The notes below the pieces were generated by a model that was not told the DNA's origin, ran no database searches, and saw only the letters and a list, made by a program, of their open reading frames with translations. This document shows, one piece after another, positions 20,626-31,408 of a stretch of 64,000 nucleotides of DNA; the stretch's first letter is position 1; every line of letters begins with the position of its first letter. Where the stretch lies: positions 128,001 through 192,000 of the forward strand of contig CAWFGE010000010.1 of NCBI GenBank assembly GCA_963815195.1. The letters are read 5' to 3'. A program made the position numbers and the translations under genes. The DNA is from an uncultured Planctomycetaceae bacterium (lineage in GTDB: Bacteria; Planctomycetota; Planctomycetia; Planctomycetales; Planctomycetaceae).

Positions 20626-21708
20626 TTAACCGGCGCGCTTGCGCTCTTTCGCCATGCGGAAATGCGGTCCCGTCAATCCCTCGGCATGGCCGTCCCAGCG
20701 GTGCGTGTTGACGGCCTGCACGATTCGCTCGGCGACTTGCATCGCCTCGAGGGCTTGCCCGCCGTCACACGCGGGCTGTCTATTGAATTGCACGGCTTCG
20801 ACAAAGCTGACAAGCTCCGCCGTGAGCGCATCCTCATTGGTCACGCTGGGAGTCATGACTTCGAGAAACGTGCCGAACACATCTCGCTTGAGTTGCTCGA
20901 TATCCGCCCCCGGCTGGCTGGCGCGTTCCAGCGGAGGCGTGCCGTACATTAGGGTTTCCGAGGGCCGATAATGCACGACTTCCCGCGAAGTAAAGTCCAC
21001 CAAGGTCCGGCCGCCGGGCGACCAGATTTCCATCGACCGCCGGGGCGTGGGATTTACGCGATTGGCCACCAGGTCGGCAATGCAGCCATTCTCGAATGTG
21101 AGTCTCGCCCGCACGCTGTCTTCGTTTTGTCCCATAATGCACACGCCAAAGGCGTCCACATGCACGACCGGCGATTGCACGAGGCTCAAGGACAGGTCGA
21201 TGTCGTGAATCATCAAGTCATGCACAACGCCTATATCCGTCGAGCGAAAACTATAGGGGCTTAATCGCTCGGCATGAATATACCGAGGTTCGCCGCAAAT
21301 ACTAAACGCCGCCTGGCTGGCTGGATTAAACCGCTCGACATGACCAACTTGAAGTAAGACATTCCGCGCGTGAGCAAGTTCGACGAGTTCAGCGGCTTGA
21401 TCTTCGTTTGAGGCAAGGGGCTTTTCGACGAGGATTGGAATGCCGCGCTTAAGAAACTCGGACGCCACGGCGAGATGATAGGTCGTCGGCACAGCAATAC
21501 AGGCCGCCTCGAGGGGCAGGTTCTCATCGAGCAATTCGTGGTAGTCACTAAACCACTTTGTTCGATGAGCGTCGGCGACTGTTTGGCCGACTTTTGAATT
21601 CGGATCGGCGACTCCCAGCAGATTGACCGAATCAAGTTGAGACAAAATGCGGGCATGATGCCGGCCTAATGCCCCCACGCCCACGACCGCCATATTCAAT
21701 CGGCTCAT
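20626..21708 (-). CDS. Gfo/Idh/MocA oxidoreductase, probable GnnA-like UDP-GlcNAc 3-dehydrogenase
   Basis: GVGALG, EKP, VGHVERFNPA, DLMIHDID; start overlaps the lpxA stop. Confidence 0.8.
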   Translation of the reverse strand: MSRLNMAVVGVGALGRHHARILSQLDSVNLLGVADPNSKVGQTVADAHRTKWFSDYHELLDENLPLEAACIAVPTTYHLAVASEFLKRGIPILVEKPLASNEDQAAELVELAHARNVLLQVGHVERFNPASQAAFSICGEPRYIHAERLSPYSFRSTDIGVVHDLMIHDIDLSLSLVQSPVVHVDAFGVCIMGQNEDSVRARLTFENGCIADLVANRVNPTPRRSMEIWSPGGRTLVDFTSREVVHYRPSETLMYGTPPLERASQPGADIEQLKRDVFGTFLEVMTPSVTNEDALTAELVSFVEAVQFNRQPACDGGQALEAMQVAERIVQAVNTHRWDGHAEGLTGPHFRMAKERKRAG

Positions 21709-22562
21709 GCCGCCCTCCGATGTTCTGATGCCGCGTCTTTCGGCTTGGAATTGCGGACCGCCTCGCGGGCGCGTCCCATCTTGCCGTTTTGTTGTGCATC
21801 CAGGAAGTTTAACAGTGTTGTCAGTTCCAGCGGCAGAACGCCGCCGAGTTCATCGTGGAGTATCTCGCGCGCCGCCTCGACTTTTTTATGTTCGCGATAG
21901 ATCAGCCGATGCGTGCGTTTGATCACGCGGACCGTATCGTTGGAGATTCCCCGCCGCCGCATGCCTACGACATTGATCGTCTTAATCTCCGGATCGTCGC
22001 TGCCCGCGGAAAGCATATAAGGAGGAATATCGTGCGGAACCCGGCAACCGCCGCTGACGAACGACAAAGTCCCCAGCGTCGAAAAGTGATGCACGACCGA
22101 GTTGCCGGACACAATCGCTCCATCGTGCACGTGCACGTGCCCGCCGAGCAACACGCCGTTGACGAGAATCACCTGGTTAAAGATGTGACAGTTGTGCGCA
22201 ACGTGGCTATTGATCATCAAAAGATTCCGGTTGCCGATCCGCGTGGTATAGTCTTCTTTCTCGGCCCCCGCATTCACGGTGACGCCTTCGCGGAATTGAT
22301 TCTCGTCTCCGATTTCGACATAAGTGACGGCATCGTCTCGCCAGCTAATATCCTGGGGCGGAGTGCCGATAACACAGTTCGGGAAAAACCGGTTGTTCTT
22401 GCCGATGGTCGTGTGCCCGACGATGGTGACGTGGCTGTCGATTTTGGTGCCGGCTCCAATTGTCACATGGGGGCCGACATGACAAAACGGCCCGATTTCC
22501 ACATCGTCCGCAAGTTTTGCACGGGGGTCAACATCGGCGAGAGCTGATATTCTTGGGGACAT
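21705..22562 (-). CDS. lpxA: Acyl-ACP--UDP-N-acetylglucosamine O-acyltransferase
   Basis: Hexapeptide repeats, IGTPPQD, NSHVAHNC, LGGHV, HDIPPY, NVVGMRRRG. Confidence 0.93.
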   Translation of the reverse strand: MSPRISALADVDPRAKLADDVEIGPFCHVGPHVTIGAGTKIDSHVTIVGHTTIGKNNRFFPNCVIGTPPQDISWRDDAVTYVEIGDENQFREGVTVNAGAEKEDYTTRIGNRNLLMINSHVAHNCHIFNQVILVNGVLLGGHVHVHDGAIVSGNSVVHHFSTLGTLSFVSGGCRVPHDIPPYMLSAGSDDPEIKTINVVGMRRRGISNDTVRVIKRTHRLIYREHKKVEAAREILHDELGGVLPLELTTLLNFLDAQQNGKMGRAREAVRNSKPKDAASEHRRAA

Positions 22563-22790
22563 CCGATCATTCCTAGAATGAGATCGAAGACCAAAACGGC
22601 ACAGGGTGCCAAGAATCCTGACAACGGCACCCGAGCGAGGCGGCCGGGGTCTTAAACTTCATCGATTCGTTTGGCATTCCTCTTCTTATCGGCATTTTGG
22701 CGGAGGCTTTGAGCGATCGTTCGCATCACAAGAAAAAGTTTTCCGATTTTGCAATCGCCACTTACTAATATGTCAACGTAGGAGCGATCG

Positions 22791-23690
22791 CTAGGCCGCA
22801 TCGTATTCTGAGCGCGAAAAATGGTTGGGGTGTGTTTCTATCAGTTTGCGCGCGAGGTCCTGGTTGAGACGATGTCCAGATCTCTCCGCGCGAAAGTGTC
22901 CGATCAGATCGCAGCCCAGCAAAGACAAGTCGCCGATGCAATCGAGCAACTTATGCCGAGCGCACTCATCTTTAGCGCGCAAGGTATTTCCGATCACTCC
23001 GTCCTTGCCGTAGATCAAGAGATCTTTTTCCCGAGTTCGGCTGCCGTAACCCGCCGCGCGGAGCATTTCGATTTCCGTTTCGAGAATAAAGGTCCGCGCG
23101 AAGGCGAGGTCGTGCACGAAGCACTCCGGCGTAATTTCCTTGAGCAGCGACTGCCGCGGGATCGGAGATTCCGCACCATAGTCGAGCCGGTATTCAATGG
23201 TGAATGTGTGGGACGGACTCGGAACGGCCAGGATGGACGAACCGTCCCGGCCGCGGATTTCCGTCGGCCGCTCGACAAAAAAGCACACGCGGGGTTCGAC
23301 TTGAGGGACGATTTCCGTGCTCAAGAGGGAGTCCACAAACGCCAGCGACGAACCGTCGCCGCCGGGCAGTTCCGGCCCGTTGAGTTGAACGAGGCAGTTA
23401 TCGATTTGCAGTCCCGCCAAGGCCGCCAGCACGTGCTCGGTGAGTTCCACCGACGCGTCCCGGTTGCCGAGGGCGGTGCGGCGTTCGCGCGGCACGAGAT
23501 AGTCGATGTGGGCGGGAATTGGCTCGGAACCTGCAACATCAAGCCGCTGAAATTGAACCCCGTGATGCGGCGGGGCCGGCAGGAAGCGGACGGTGACGTC
23601 GGCCCCCGTAAAAAAGCCGACCCCTCGGGTTTCGACCGGTTCGGCGATGGTGTGTTGAGGGCGAGGGCGGTACGCGGTTCGACCCAACAT
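22791..23690 (-). CDS. lpxC: UDP-3-O-acyl-N-acetylglucosamine deacetylase
   Basis: QHTI...GVGFFTG, TEHVLAAL, DGSS, ARTF, RHKLLDCIGDL, SGH. Confidence 0.92.
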   Translation of the reverse strand: MLGRTAYRPRPQHTIAEPVETRGVGFFTGADVTVRFLPAPPHHGVQFQRLDVAGSEPIPAHIDYLVPRERRTALGNRDASVELTEHVLAALAGLQIDNCLVQLNGPELPGGDGSSLAFVDSLLSTEIVPQVEPRVCFFVERPTEIRGRDGSSILAVPSPSHTFTIEYRLDYGAESPIPRQSLLKEITPECFVHDLAFARTFILETEIEMLRAAGYGSRTREKDLLIYGKDGVIGNTLRAKDECARHKLLDCIGDLSLLGCDLIGHFRAERSGHRLNQDLARKLIETHPNHFSRSEYDAA

Positions 23691-23837
23691 AAAACGGAGG
23701 CTTTCTAATGCGAGAATCAGCGGCGGGACGTTGGGACGCGGACTCTAAAGCAAAACCGGCAGCCCCCACCGAGGGAGTTGCCGGTTCGAGGGAATCCTAT
23801 TCCACAAGGGAGTGCGGTGTTTTCACTTGCCCCAAGA

Positions 23838-24486
23838 CTAGTTCCGCGACGGAGCCGGCCCGCGAGCCTGTCCAGGCTGTCCAGGCTGTCCAGCCTGTTG
23901 TGTATAGCGCTGGTTCAGATATTTTAACACCGATTCGCTAATGTCGTCTTTGACGCTGAAATACACCACCTGGCGGTTCATGCTCTGCATGACTTCTTCG
24001 GGATTGCTCGAGGAGCCGATGTCCTCGCGGTTGAACCGCAAGATCAAAGCGTATCTTGTAGTGTTGAGCATAGAGTTTGACGGCGTCGGCGATTTCCAAG
24101 TAAACCGTTTTATAGATGTCGGCTTCTTTCCGCATAAAGTCCCGCTGGGCGACCTTGCGGAACGCTTCGAAATCGGACACCAGCTTCGCCAGTTCTTTTT
24201 CGTGCTGCAGATACTCCGGCGTGCCTTCGGTGAAGGCCTTCATTTGATCCTGCACGGTTTTGATGTGCGCGGCCATCGATTTGGCCTGCTGATCGCTGTT
24301 TTGGATTTCCGCTTTCAGATCATCCCTGAGGGCTTTGAACTTGTCATAGTTCTTGAACACGTGGGCCATGTCGATCAAGCCGACGCGGCTGGGGGCTGGG
24401 GTGTCTTGGGCAGAGGCCGTTTGGACGGACAACAAACATCCGAAGGTGAGAGCCACTGCGAAACTTGAGAGAATCGATTTCTTCAC
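23838..24486 (-). CDS. skp: OmpH/Skp periplasmic chaperone; single-base frameshift near 24054
   Basis: Signal peptide + RVGLIDMAHVFKNY + coiled coil in one frame; YALILRFN...VVYF...DISESVLKYLN in another. Deleting one A joins them (HYK/YALILR). Lies upstream of lpxC. Confidence 0.8.
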
Positions 24487-24804
24487 GGCCTATGCACTCC
24501 TTTGCTAAACAAACGCCCGAACGGGCAACCGATGCCCTTCCGCGGGCATTTGCAGAACATTGCGAATCAGGGCATCCGCACAACGGTGATCGGCCGGGTA
24601 TTTTGCACACCGCGTTAATCTCGTCAAGAGAAGTCTGTCCCCAAATCGACGCGAAATGTTGTCGCGTAAAGAGATTCCTTCTGTACTAACCAACACGCAA
24701 ATTCGTTGAGGCGGTTTCTTGTTGGAATGGAAACGAGCGGTTATGGTGGCACGGCAATGAAAGTCTTCATCTCCCAAAATCGCGCCCCATCGAAGGAGCT
24801 TTTG

Positions 24805-26367
24805 ATGAACACCACGCCGCAGAGCCGTCGGGATTGGTTGAAGTCCGCCGCTTGGGGAATTGCCTCCACGGGGGCCGTGATCGGCAGCGGTTTTCGGCTC
24901 GAGGCCGCGGAAGACGCGGAGGTGATCGAGATCGGCAATCGGCGCGAGCTGTTTATTGACCGCTATCTGATCGACCGAATGAGCGGCGGGGCGGAGCGGC
25001 GGCTGCATCATCCCGTGCCTCAACAAATCGTCCTGGAGCACGATGCCCCGTGGGAAGGCACGGGCAGCGGGTATCACAGCGTGTTCCAAGACGGCGATGT
25101 GTACCGCATGTACTACAAAGCCTGGCATTTGGCAGTGTCCAAGGGCAAAGTCAACACAAAGCGGCATCCTCTGTTTTGCTGCCTGGCCGAGAGCAAGGAC
25201 GGCATCGCCTGGCGGAAACCCGAATTGGGTTTGCACGAGTTCGAAGGCTCGAAGAAAAACAACATCGTCCTGGCCAGCGGAACGTTGGGGCCGCTGAATG
25301 TCGATGCCGGGCATCCGGCGGTGTTTCGCGACGAGAACCCGGCCGCCCCGGACGAGTCCCGCTATAAAGCGATTGTCCGGTCTTCCAAACCCAACGGCTT
25401 GCTGCCTTTCCGATCGCCCGACGGTTTGCATTGGTCGCCGATGACAGACAAGCCGATCCTCACCGGCTTAGGAGCGTTTGACTCGCAGAACCTTGCGTTT
25501 TGGGATGCCCGCATCGGCCGCTACCGGGCGTATTGGCGAATCTTCACCGGCGGCCGGCGGGCGATTCGCACCGCCCTGTCGGAGAACCTGATCGATTGGG
25601 GCCCGCATCACGATTTGACCTACGAAGATTCCCCGCCCGAGCAGCTTTACACGAACCAGATCAAACCCTACCACCGGGCGCCGCACATCCTGATCGGTTT
25701 TCCCACGCGGTACGTCGACCGGGGTTGGTCGGAGGCTATGAAAGCCTTGCCGGAGCGCGAGCACCGCGAATTGCGGGCGTCTGCTGTCGAGAGGTACGGA
25801 ACCGCGATCACGGAAGGGTTGCTGATGGCCAGCCGGGACGGGGTGAAGTTCAAACGGTGGAACGAAGCCTTTCTGCGGCCGGGCGTCGAACGGCCCGGCT
25901 CCTGGCATTACGGGCAGCAGTACATCGCCTGGCATCTGGTGGAAACGAAGTCGGCCCTTCCCGGCGCTCCGAACGAGCTTTCGCTGTACGCCGGCGAAAG
26001 CTATTGGACCGATCCCGGCAGCGCGGTCCGGCGATATACGTTGCGGTTGGACGGCTTCGTCAGCGTGAACGCTCCGCTTGAAGGCGGCGAGTTCGTGACG
26101 AAACCGCTGCGGTTTACCGGATCGAAGCTCGCGCTCAACTTCGCCACGTCCGCCGCCGGGAGCGTGAAAGTCGAACTCCAGGATGCAAACGGCAAACCGC
26201 TCGCAGGCTACGCCCTCGCCGATTGCCCCGATCACTTCGGCGACACGATCGAGCGCAGCGTCGTCTGGAAAAACGGGCCGGATGTCAGCCCGCTCGCCGG
26301 CCGATCCGTGCGGCTCCGGTTTCAACTGAAAGACGCCGACCTCTATGCGTTTCGATTCACGGAATGA
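24805..26367 (+). CDS. Tat-exported putative beta-propeller glycoside hydrolase-like protein
   Basis: SRRDWLK signal; RELFID, YRMYY, AESKDGIAW, SPDGLHW, FDSQN, SRDG, LRLDGFVS, DADLYA; SD AAGGAG before ATG 24805. Confidence 0.65.
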   Translation: MNTTPQSRRDWLKSAAWGIASTGAVIGSGFRLEAAEDAEVIEIGNRRELFIDRYLIDRMSGGAERRLHHPVPQQIVLEHDAPWEGTGSGYHSVFQDGDVYRMYYKAWHLAVSKGKVNTKRHPLFCCLAESKDGIAWRKPELGLHEFEGSKKNNIVLASGTLGPLNVDAGHPAVFRDENPAAPDESRYKAIVRSSKPNGLLPFRSPDGLHWSPMTDKPILTGLGAFDSQNLAFWDARIGRYRAYWRIFTGGRRAIRTALSENLIDWGPHHDLTYEDSPPEQLYTNQIKPYHRAPHILIGFPTRYVDRGWSEAMKALPEREHRELRASAVERYGTAITEGLLMASRDGVKFKRWNEAFLRPGVERPGSWHYGQQYIAWHLVETKSALPGAPNELSLYAGESYWTDPGSAVRRYTLRLDGFVSVNAPLEGGEFVTKPLRFTGSKLALNFATSAAGSVKVELQDANGKPLAGYALADCPDHFGDTIERSVVWKNGPDVSPLAGRSVRLRFQLKDADLYAFRFTE

Positions 26368-26379
26368 TTTTGGCGCAGA

Positions 26380-27387
26380 TCAGTCATCTTCTTCCTCCCA
26401 CTCCTCGGGGCGGTAGTCCGGCTCGTTGTTGGGCCCGATCCAATAATCGGATTTCTCATAATCCGGGTAGCCTCCCAAATGCTTGAGTCCGTCTTCGTCG
26501 AATTCCTCGAAGCCTTCATATTCATCGTAGCCTTCGACCCATTCGCCGTCGACCTGCCGTTTGCCTTGCGTGTCGATGTGCCCGTCGTCATAGAGGATCT
26601 CATCATCGTACGACAGGAACTCCGGCTCCGGGCGTTCGCTCTTTTTCAGATAGCTCGTCAAGGGCAGGTTGCCGTTCTCGTGTTCCAGCTTGTCTCCAAA
26701 CCGGAACAAGAGCCGCTCCCAACCGTCCCGGCTGAAGGGATTCTGCGAAAGCACGATCCGCTTGAGGCCCGGCAGCCGGCCCTCCGCCAGGAGCATGTCC
26801 AGGCTCAAGTCCGTCAATCCCGCGTCGACCAGGCCGAGTTCTTGGGCGTTTTCCAAGTAACGCGACTTCAATAACCCGGCGAGCCCCGCGTCCCCCAATC
26901 GGTTGTGCCTGAGATCGAGTTTCGCGAACCGCGACAACGCCCGCCAGCGGGAAAGCGGCCCGAGGACGTTGGGCACATTCCATAACCGGAGCGAACCCAG
27001 CGGCCCCAACTGCCGAAACGTGTCGAACGAACTCATCAACGTCCCGGCATCGACGCTGAGATGCTCCACAAAACCCCGCCGATATTTCCAGCCGCGCACC
27101 AGACCCCGCCGGGACCGAACCAATCCTTTGAGGGACGATTGATTGAGCAGTTGATGAAGCGGAGCGTCCCAGACCTTGCGGTATTCCTTGAGCAGTTCGC
27201 GCTGGCGGTTTTCCATTTCCGCCCGCCACGAATGCTGCCGGGGCAGGCGGTCGAGGGCGATCTGCACTTGAATAAACTCCGCCCGCGGATCGCCATGCTC
27301 CCGGTACCAGTCGGCAAACACCAGCCGCAGGTCCAAATCTTCCGGGGCATCCAGCATGGCTTGAAACAACTGGCTTTCGAGGCTCAT
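26380..27387 (-). CDS. TIGR02996 domain + leucine-rich repeat protein with acidic tail
   Basis: PEDLDLRLVFADWYREHGDPRAEFIQVQ; RRGFVE; LRR LDLRHNRLGDAGL; Asp/Glu-rich C-terminus. Confidence 0.8.
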   Translation of the reverse strand: MSLESQLFQAMLDAPEDLDLRLVFADWYREHGDPRAEFIQVQIALDRLPRQHSWRAEMENRQRELLKEYRKVWDAPLHQLLNQSSLKGLVRSRRGLVRGWKYRRGFVEHLSVDAGTLMSSFDTFRQLGPLGSLRLWNVPNVLGPLSRWRALSRFAKLDLRHNRLGDAGLAGLLKSRYLENAQELGLVDAGLTDLSLDMLLAEGRLPGLKRIVLSQNPFSRDGWERLLFRFGDKLEHENGNLPLTSYLKKSERPEPEFLSYDDEILYDDGHIDTQGKRQVDGEWVEGYDEYEGFEEFDEDGLKHLGGYPDYEKSDYWIGPNNEPDYRPEEWEEEDD

Positions 27388-27670
27388 CACTTCCCCGCGA
27401 TTGTCAAAGGCCCAATTCTCGCGATAGACTGGCGGCAACGTCCGACCCTGTATTCGTATATTCCGTTATGCGCCAAGCCCGCTCGATTTTCAATCATTGT
27501 CCAAACGAGGGCCGACGCAACCTTCCAACGAATCCTGCCCCGTTCGTCTAAGAGTAAGACAATCGGCGTTAGCACAATGAACCGATAGATGGGGGTGCAA
27601 CTCCCCCACGGGGCCATTCGGTAATCAATCTTCTCCTGTCTTCAACCCTTCACTGATTCGGAAAGACAAC

Positions 27671-28939
27671 ATGATGCGATTGGCTTTGATCGGACTGGTT
27701 TCGCTGGCGGTTTGCGGGAGTTCGGTTTGGGGGTTTCCCGGTCCGGCGGCTCAATCGGGCGATTGGCCCTGGTGGCGCGGTCCCAGCCGGGATGGCGTGG
27801 CGGAGAAGGGCCAGAACGTGCCGGTTCGATGGTCGGCGAAGGAAAACGTGATTTGGAAAGCGCCGTTGCCGGGACGCGGGCACTCGTCGCCCACGGTCGT
27901 CGGGAACCGGATTTATCTTGCCACGGCCGATGAAAACCGGGAGGTCCAGAGCGTGATCGCCCTCGATCGCGGGACGGGCCAGTTGATCTGGAAGACCGAC
28001 GTGAGCCAAGGTGGTTTTCCGAAGACGCACCGCAAGAACTCCCACGCCACGCCGACGGTCGCCTGCGACGGGAAACTGCTGTTCGCCGCGTTTCATCATC
28101 ACGACCAGATCACGCTGACGGCCCTTGACCTCGACGGCAAACGCGTGTGGGAGAAAACCGTCGGGCCTTATGTGCCGAAGCGCTTTGAATACGGCTACGC
28201 CCCGTCGCCTTTGCTTTCGGGTTCGTTGGTAATCGTCGCGGCCGACTATGAAAAGGGCGGCTATCTCGCGGCGTACGAGCGGGTCAGCGGCAAGCTGGCT
28301 TGGCAGACGGACCGGCCGGCGAAATACAGTTTTTCTTCGCCCGTCGTCGCCCAAATCGCCGGACGCGAGCAGTTGCTGCTCAGCGGCGGCGATTTGATGG
28401 CCGCTTACGATCCGCAGACCGGCAAGGAACTCTGGTCCGCCCCCGGCACGACGATGGCCACCTGCGGCACCGTGGTCTGGAGCGGCGACCTCGCCATCGC
28501 CAGCGGCGGCTATCCCAAGGCGGAAACCATTTGCGTCAAAGCCGACGGCTCGGGAGAGGTCGTGTGGAAGAACAATCAGAAATGCTACGAGCAGTCGATG
28601 ATCGTTCACAACGGCTACGTTTATGCGGTGACCGATCGCGGCATCGGCATCTGTTGGCGGGCGGAGGACGGCGAGACGATGTGGCAGGTCCGGCTTGCGG
28701 GGCCGGTGTCGGCGTCGCCCGTCCGCGTAGGCGATGTGATTTATCAATCGATCGAAGACGGCAATACGTTCGTGTTCAAAGCCAACCCGCAAAAGCTCGA
28801 ACTCCTCGCCAAGAACAAGCTCGGCGAGGAAGCCTTCGCCACACCCACCGTCTGCGGCAACCACATCTACATTCGCACGGCCGAGACCCAAGGCGGCCGC
28901 CGACAGGAATACCTGTACTGCCTGGGTCTCAAAGATTAA
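27671..28939 (+). CDS. PQQ-binding-like beta-propeller repeat protein (BamB-like)
   Basis: Signal peptide; DWPWWRGP, WKAPLPGRGHSSP, repeated xxGxxxW blades, ATP near the C-terminus. Confidence 0.85.
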   Translation: MMRLALIGLVSLAVCGSSVWGFPGPAAQSGDWPWWRGPSRDGVAEKGQNVPVRWSAKENVIWKAPLPGRGHSSPTVVGNRIYLATADENREVQSVIALDRGTGQLIWKTDVSQGGFPKTHRKNSHATPTVACDGKLLFAAFHHHDQITLTALDLDGKRVWEKTVGPYVPKRFEYGYAPSPLLSGSLVIVAADYEKGGYLAAYERVSGKLAWQTDRPAKYSFSSPVVAQIAGREQLLLSGGDLMAAYDPQTGKELWSAPGTTMATCGTVVWSGDLAIASGGYPKAETICVKADGSGEVVWKNNQKCYEQSMIVHNGYVYAVTDRGIGICWRAEDGETMWQVRLAGPVSASPVRVGDVIYQSIEDGNTFVFKANPQKLELLAKNKLGEEAFATPTVCGNHIYIRTAETQGGRRQEYLYCLGLKD

Positions 28940-29437
28940 ATCCAGCCCAAAAGGTTTTTCTGGACGAGTGCCCGCGCTCATGCTGCGCACCGTCGGTTGT
29001 GAAGATCGGGGAAATATGAGTTTTCGTAAAAAACGGAAAGTCGGCTTCCTCCATTTCGTGGGGGCGAACTTTCGCGATGGTCCATTCCCGGCCGCGCGCA
29101 TCGCGGACTTTCCTTTGCTTTTCCATCCCGGAGGCTTTCAAGAATCTTTGAAGTTCGGACAATCTGAACAGGATCTCTTTGTTTATCAGACTCTGTACTT
29201 CCCCGGCGGGGTTTTAACAGAAATTCGCGAAGCGCCGAATCCGCGAGGTCGCTTTCCGGCGCACGATTTCGGCTGGGGGTTGGTCCCACGGCGGATTAAC
29301 GAATTTGTGCGGGTTTTGTTATCATGGACTTGGCCTTTTAACCGCACCGGCTGATTGGGCCTACCACCAAGGGCTCGCCTGTCGATGGCGGACCACTCAG
29401 AGAACGGAATCGACATGTCGCTGCTACGAGGTGAACG

Positions 29438-31408
29438 ATGCGTTGCAGATGGAATCTAAGAGTGACAATCCCAAGAGCACGTTTTCGCGGTGGCGTAATC
29501 GCCATGTTGGTGTGTTGCATCTCGTGCTGGCGACCCGTCACTTGCAAAGCCCAGCCGGCAGCGGACGGGGATTTCGCCGCGCAAAAGGCCGACGCGGAGA
29601 AGTTCTTTCGTAATCGTGTCACTCCGTTCATAAAAACCTATTGCATCGGCTGCCACTCGAACAAACGACCGACGGAAGCTGGGGTCAATTTTTCTCCTGC
29701 ACTGAAGAGCCCCGGTCACGCCGCCTTCAGCGAACAGTGGAAGAAGGCGATCGCAAGGGTCAGAGCCCACGACATGCCGCCCGAGTACATGGACAAGCAA
29801 CCGACCGATGAAGATCGCGAAATGTTCAGTGATTGGCTGGCGAAGATCAAGTTTCTCAGTCCGAAAGATCCGGGCCCCTTTGTCATTCGGCGGTTGACCA
29901 AGACGGAATATGGCAACACCTTGCGAGATCTCTTCGGTGTGGATCCGGCAATCGCCGATGAGTTGCCGGACGAGGTCAGCGGCGAAGGTTATCTCAACTC
30001 GCTGTCCCCCCTGCAATTGGAGCAGTATCTCTCGATCGCCCAAAAGGTGTTGGATCAAGTTCTGGCGCCGGAAGGTGCCCCACCCACGAAAATGCAAAAG
30101 CGACTCCTGGGTGAACTGCCCGCGCACGAAAAGGACGCCCGAGCGGCTGCGCGAAGAGTGGCCCAATCCCTCGCACGCAAGGCCTATCGTCGCCCCCCGT
30201 CCGAAGCGGAACTCGAAGTCCTGTTGAAGGTGTTCGATCTGGGGAAACAGAACAATCTCAACTATCGGGAGTCCGTTCGCTTGATGCTTAAGGCGATGCT
30301 CGTTTCTCCCCAGTTCCTGTTTATTACTCCGGCGGAAGAGGCGAAGCCTGATGTGGAGATTGTTCCTCTCGATGATCATCAACTCGCCTCGCGTTTATCC
30401 TATCTGTTGTGGGCGACCATGCCGGACGACGAGCTCATGGCGCTGGCGGATAGCGGCAAACTCCACGAGCCATCGATCCTCAAAGCGCAGGTGAAACGCT
30501 TGCTGATGGATCCTCGTTCCCGCGCTCTGTTTGACGGTTTTGGGGCGCAGTGGCTTGGGGTAGGGAATCTGCAGAGCAAGACCTTCGATCCTGACAAGTT
30601 TCCGCAAATGACCGGCGAAATGCGATTGGCCATGTATGATGAAGTCCGCCTCTTGTTTGAAAGCATCGTGCGGGAAGACCGAAATATTGTGGGTTTCATC
30701 GATTCTGATTACACGTTCCTCAACGAAAACCTGGCCACGATCTACGGCCTGGAAAAAACGGTCACTGGCCCCAAGATGCGAAAGGTTCGTCTTTCCGATC
30801 GAAATCGAGGGGGACTCTTGGGGATGCCCGGCGTTCTTGCGGCGACCTCGTTTCCCAATCGAACCAGCCCCGTCAAACGCGGTGTGTGGGTGCTGGAACA
30901 AGTGCTCGGGGACCACGTGCCGTCTCCCCCGCCGGACGTTCCGGCTTTGGAGAGACAGGATGAGAACACGGTCGCGAACCTGACGCTGCGCGAGCGCACG
31001 GAACTGCACCGCACGAATTCTGTCTGCGCAAACTGCCATAAGATACTCGACCCGATCGGGTTTGGTCTTGAGAACTTCGATGCCATCGGGCGCTGGCGCG
31101 ACCGGGACGACAACGGTGAGGCGATCGATGCTTCGGGTGAACTGCCGAGTGGGAAGCGTTTTCGGGGCCCCCGAGAATTGAAAACCATGATGGCCGGCCG
31201 CCTCGATGAAGTCTCTCGAAATCTTGTGGAGCGATTACTCGCCTATGCGTTGTGCCGAAAGTTGGAAGGCTATGACGAGATCGTGGTGGATGATTTGATG
31301 CAGGATGTCGCTCGTGATGGATACCGGATGCAGACCCTCATCACGGCGGTCGTCGCCAGTTATCCCTTCACGCATCGTCGAATTCAAAAAGAAAGGAACT
31401 CCAAATGA
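29438..31408 (+). CDS. Cytochrome c + DUF1587/1595/1592/1588/1585 protein
   Basis: [42 protein letters not shown]...[17 protein letters not shown]. Confidence 0.88.
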   Translation: MRCRWNLRVTIPRARFRGGVIAMLVCCISCWRPVTCKAQPAADGDFAAQKADAEKFFRNRVTPFIKTYCIGCHSNKRPTEAGVNFSPALKSPGHAAFSEQWKKAIARVRAHDMPPEYMDKQPTDEDREMFSDWLAKIKFLSPKDPGPFVIRRLTKTEYGNTLRDLFGVDPAIADELPDEVSGEGYLNSLSPLQLEQYLSIAQKVLDQVLAPEGAPPTKMQKRLLGELPAHEKDARAAARRVAQSLARKAYRRPPSEAELEVLLKVFDLGKQNNLNYRESVRLMLKAMLVSPQFLFITPAEEAKPDVEIVPLDDHQLASRLSYLLWATMPDDELMALADSGKLHEPSILKAQVKRLLMDPRSRALFDGFGAQWLGVGNLQSKTFDPDKFPQMTGEMRLAMYDEVRLLFESIVREDRNIVGFIDSDYTFLNENLATIYGLEKTVTGPKMRKVRLSDRNRGGLLGMPGVLAATSFPNRTSPVKRGVWVLEQVLGDHVPSPPPDVPALERQDENTVANLTLRERTELHRTNSVCANCHKILDPIGFGLENFDAIGRWRDRDDNGEAIDASGELPSGKRFRGPRELKTMMAGRLDEVSRNLVERLLAYALCRKLEGYDEIVVDDLMQDVARDGYRMQTLITAVVASYPFTHRRIQKERNSK

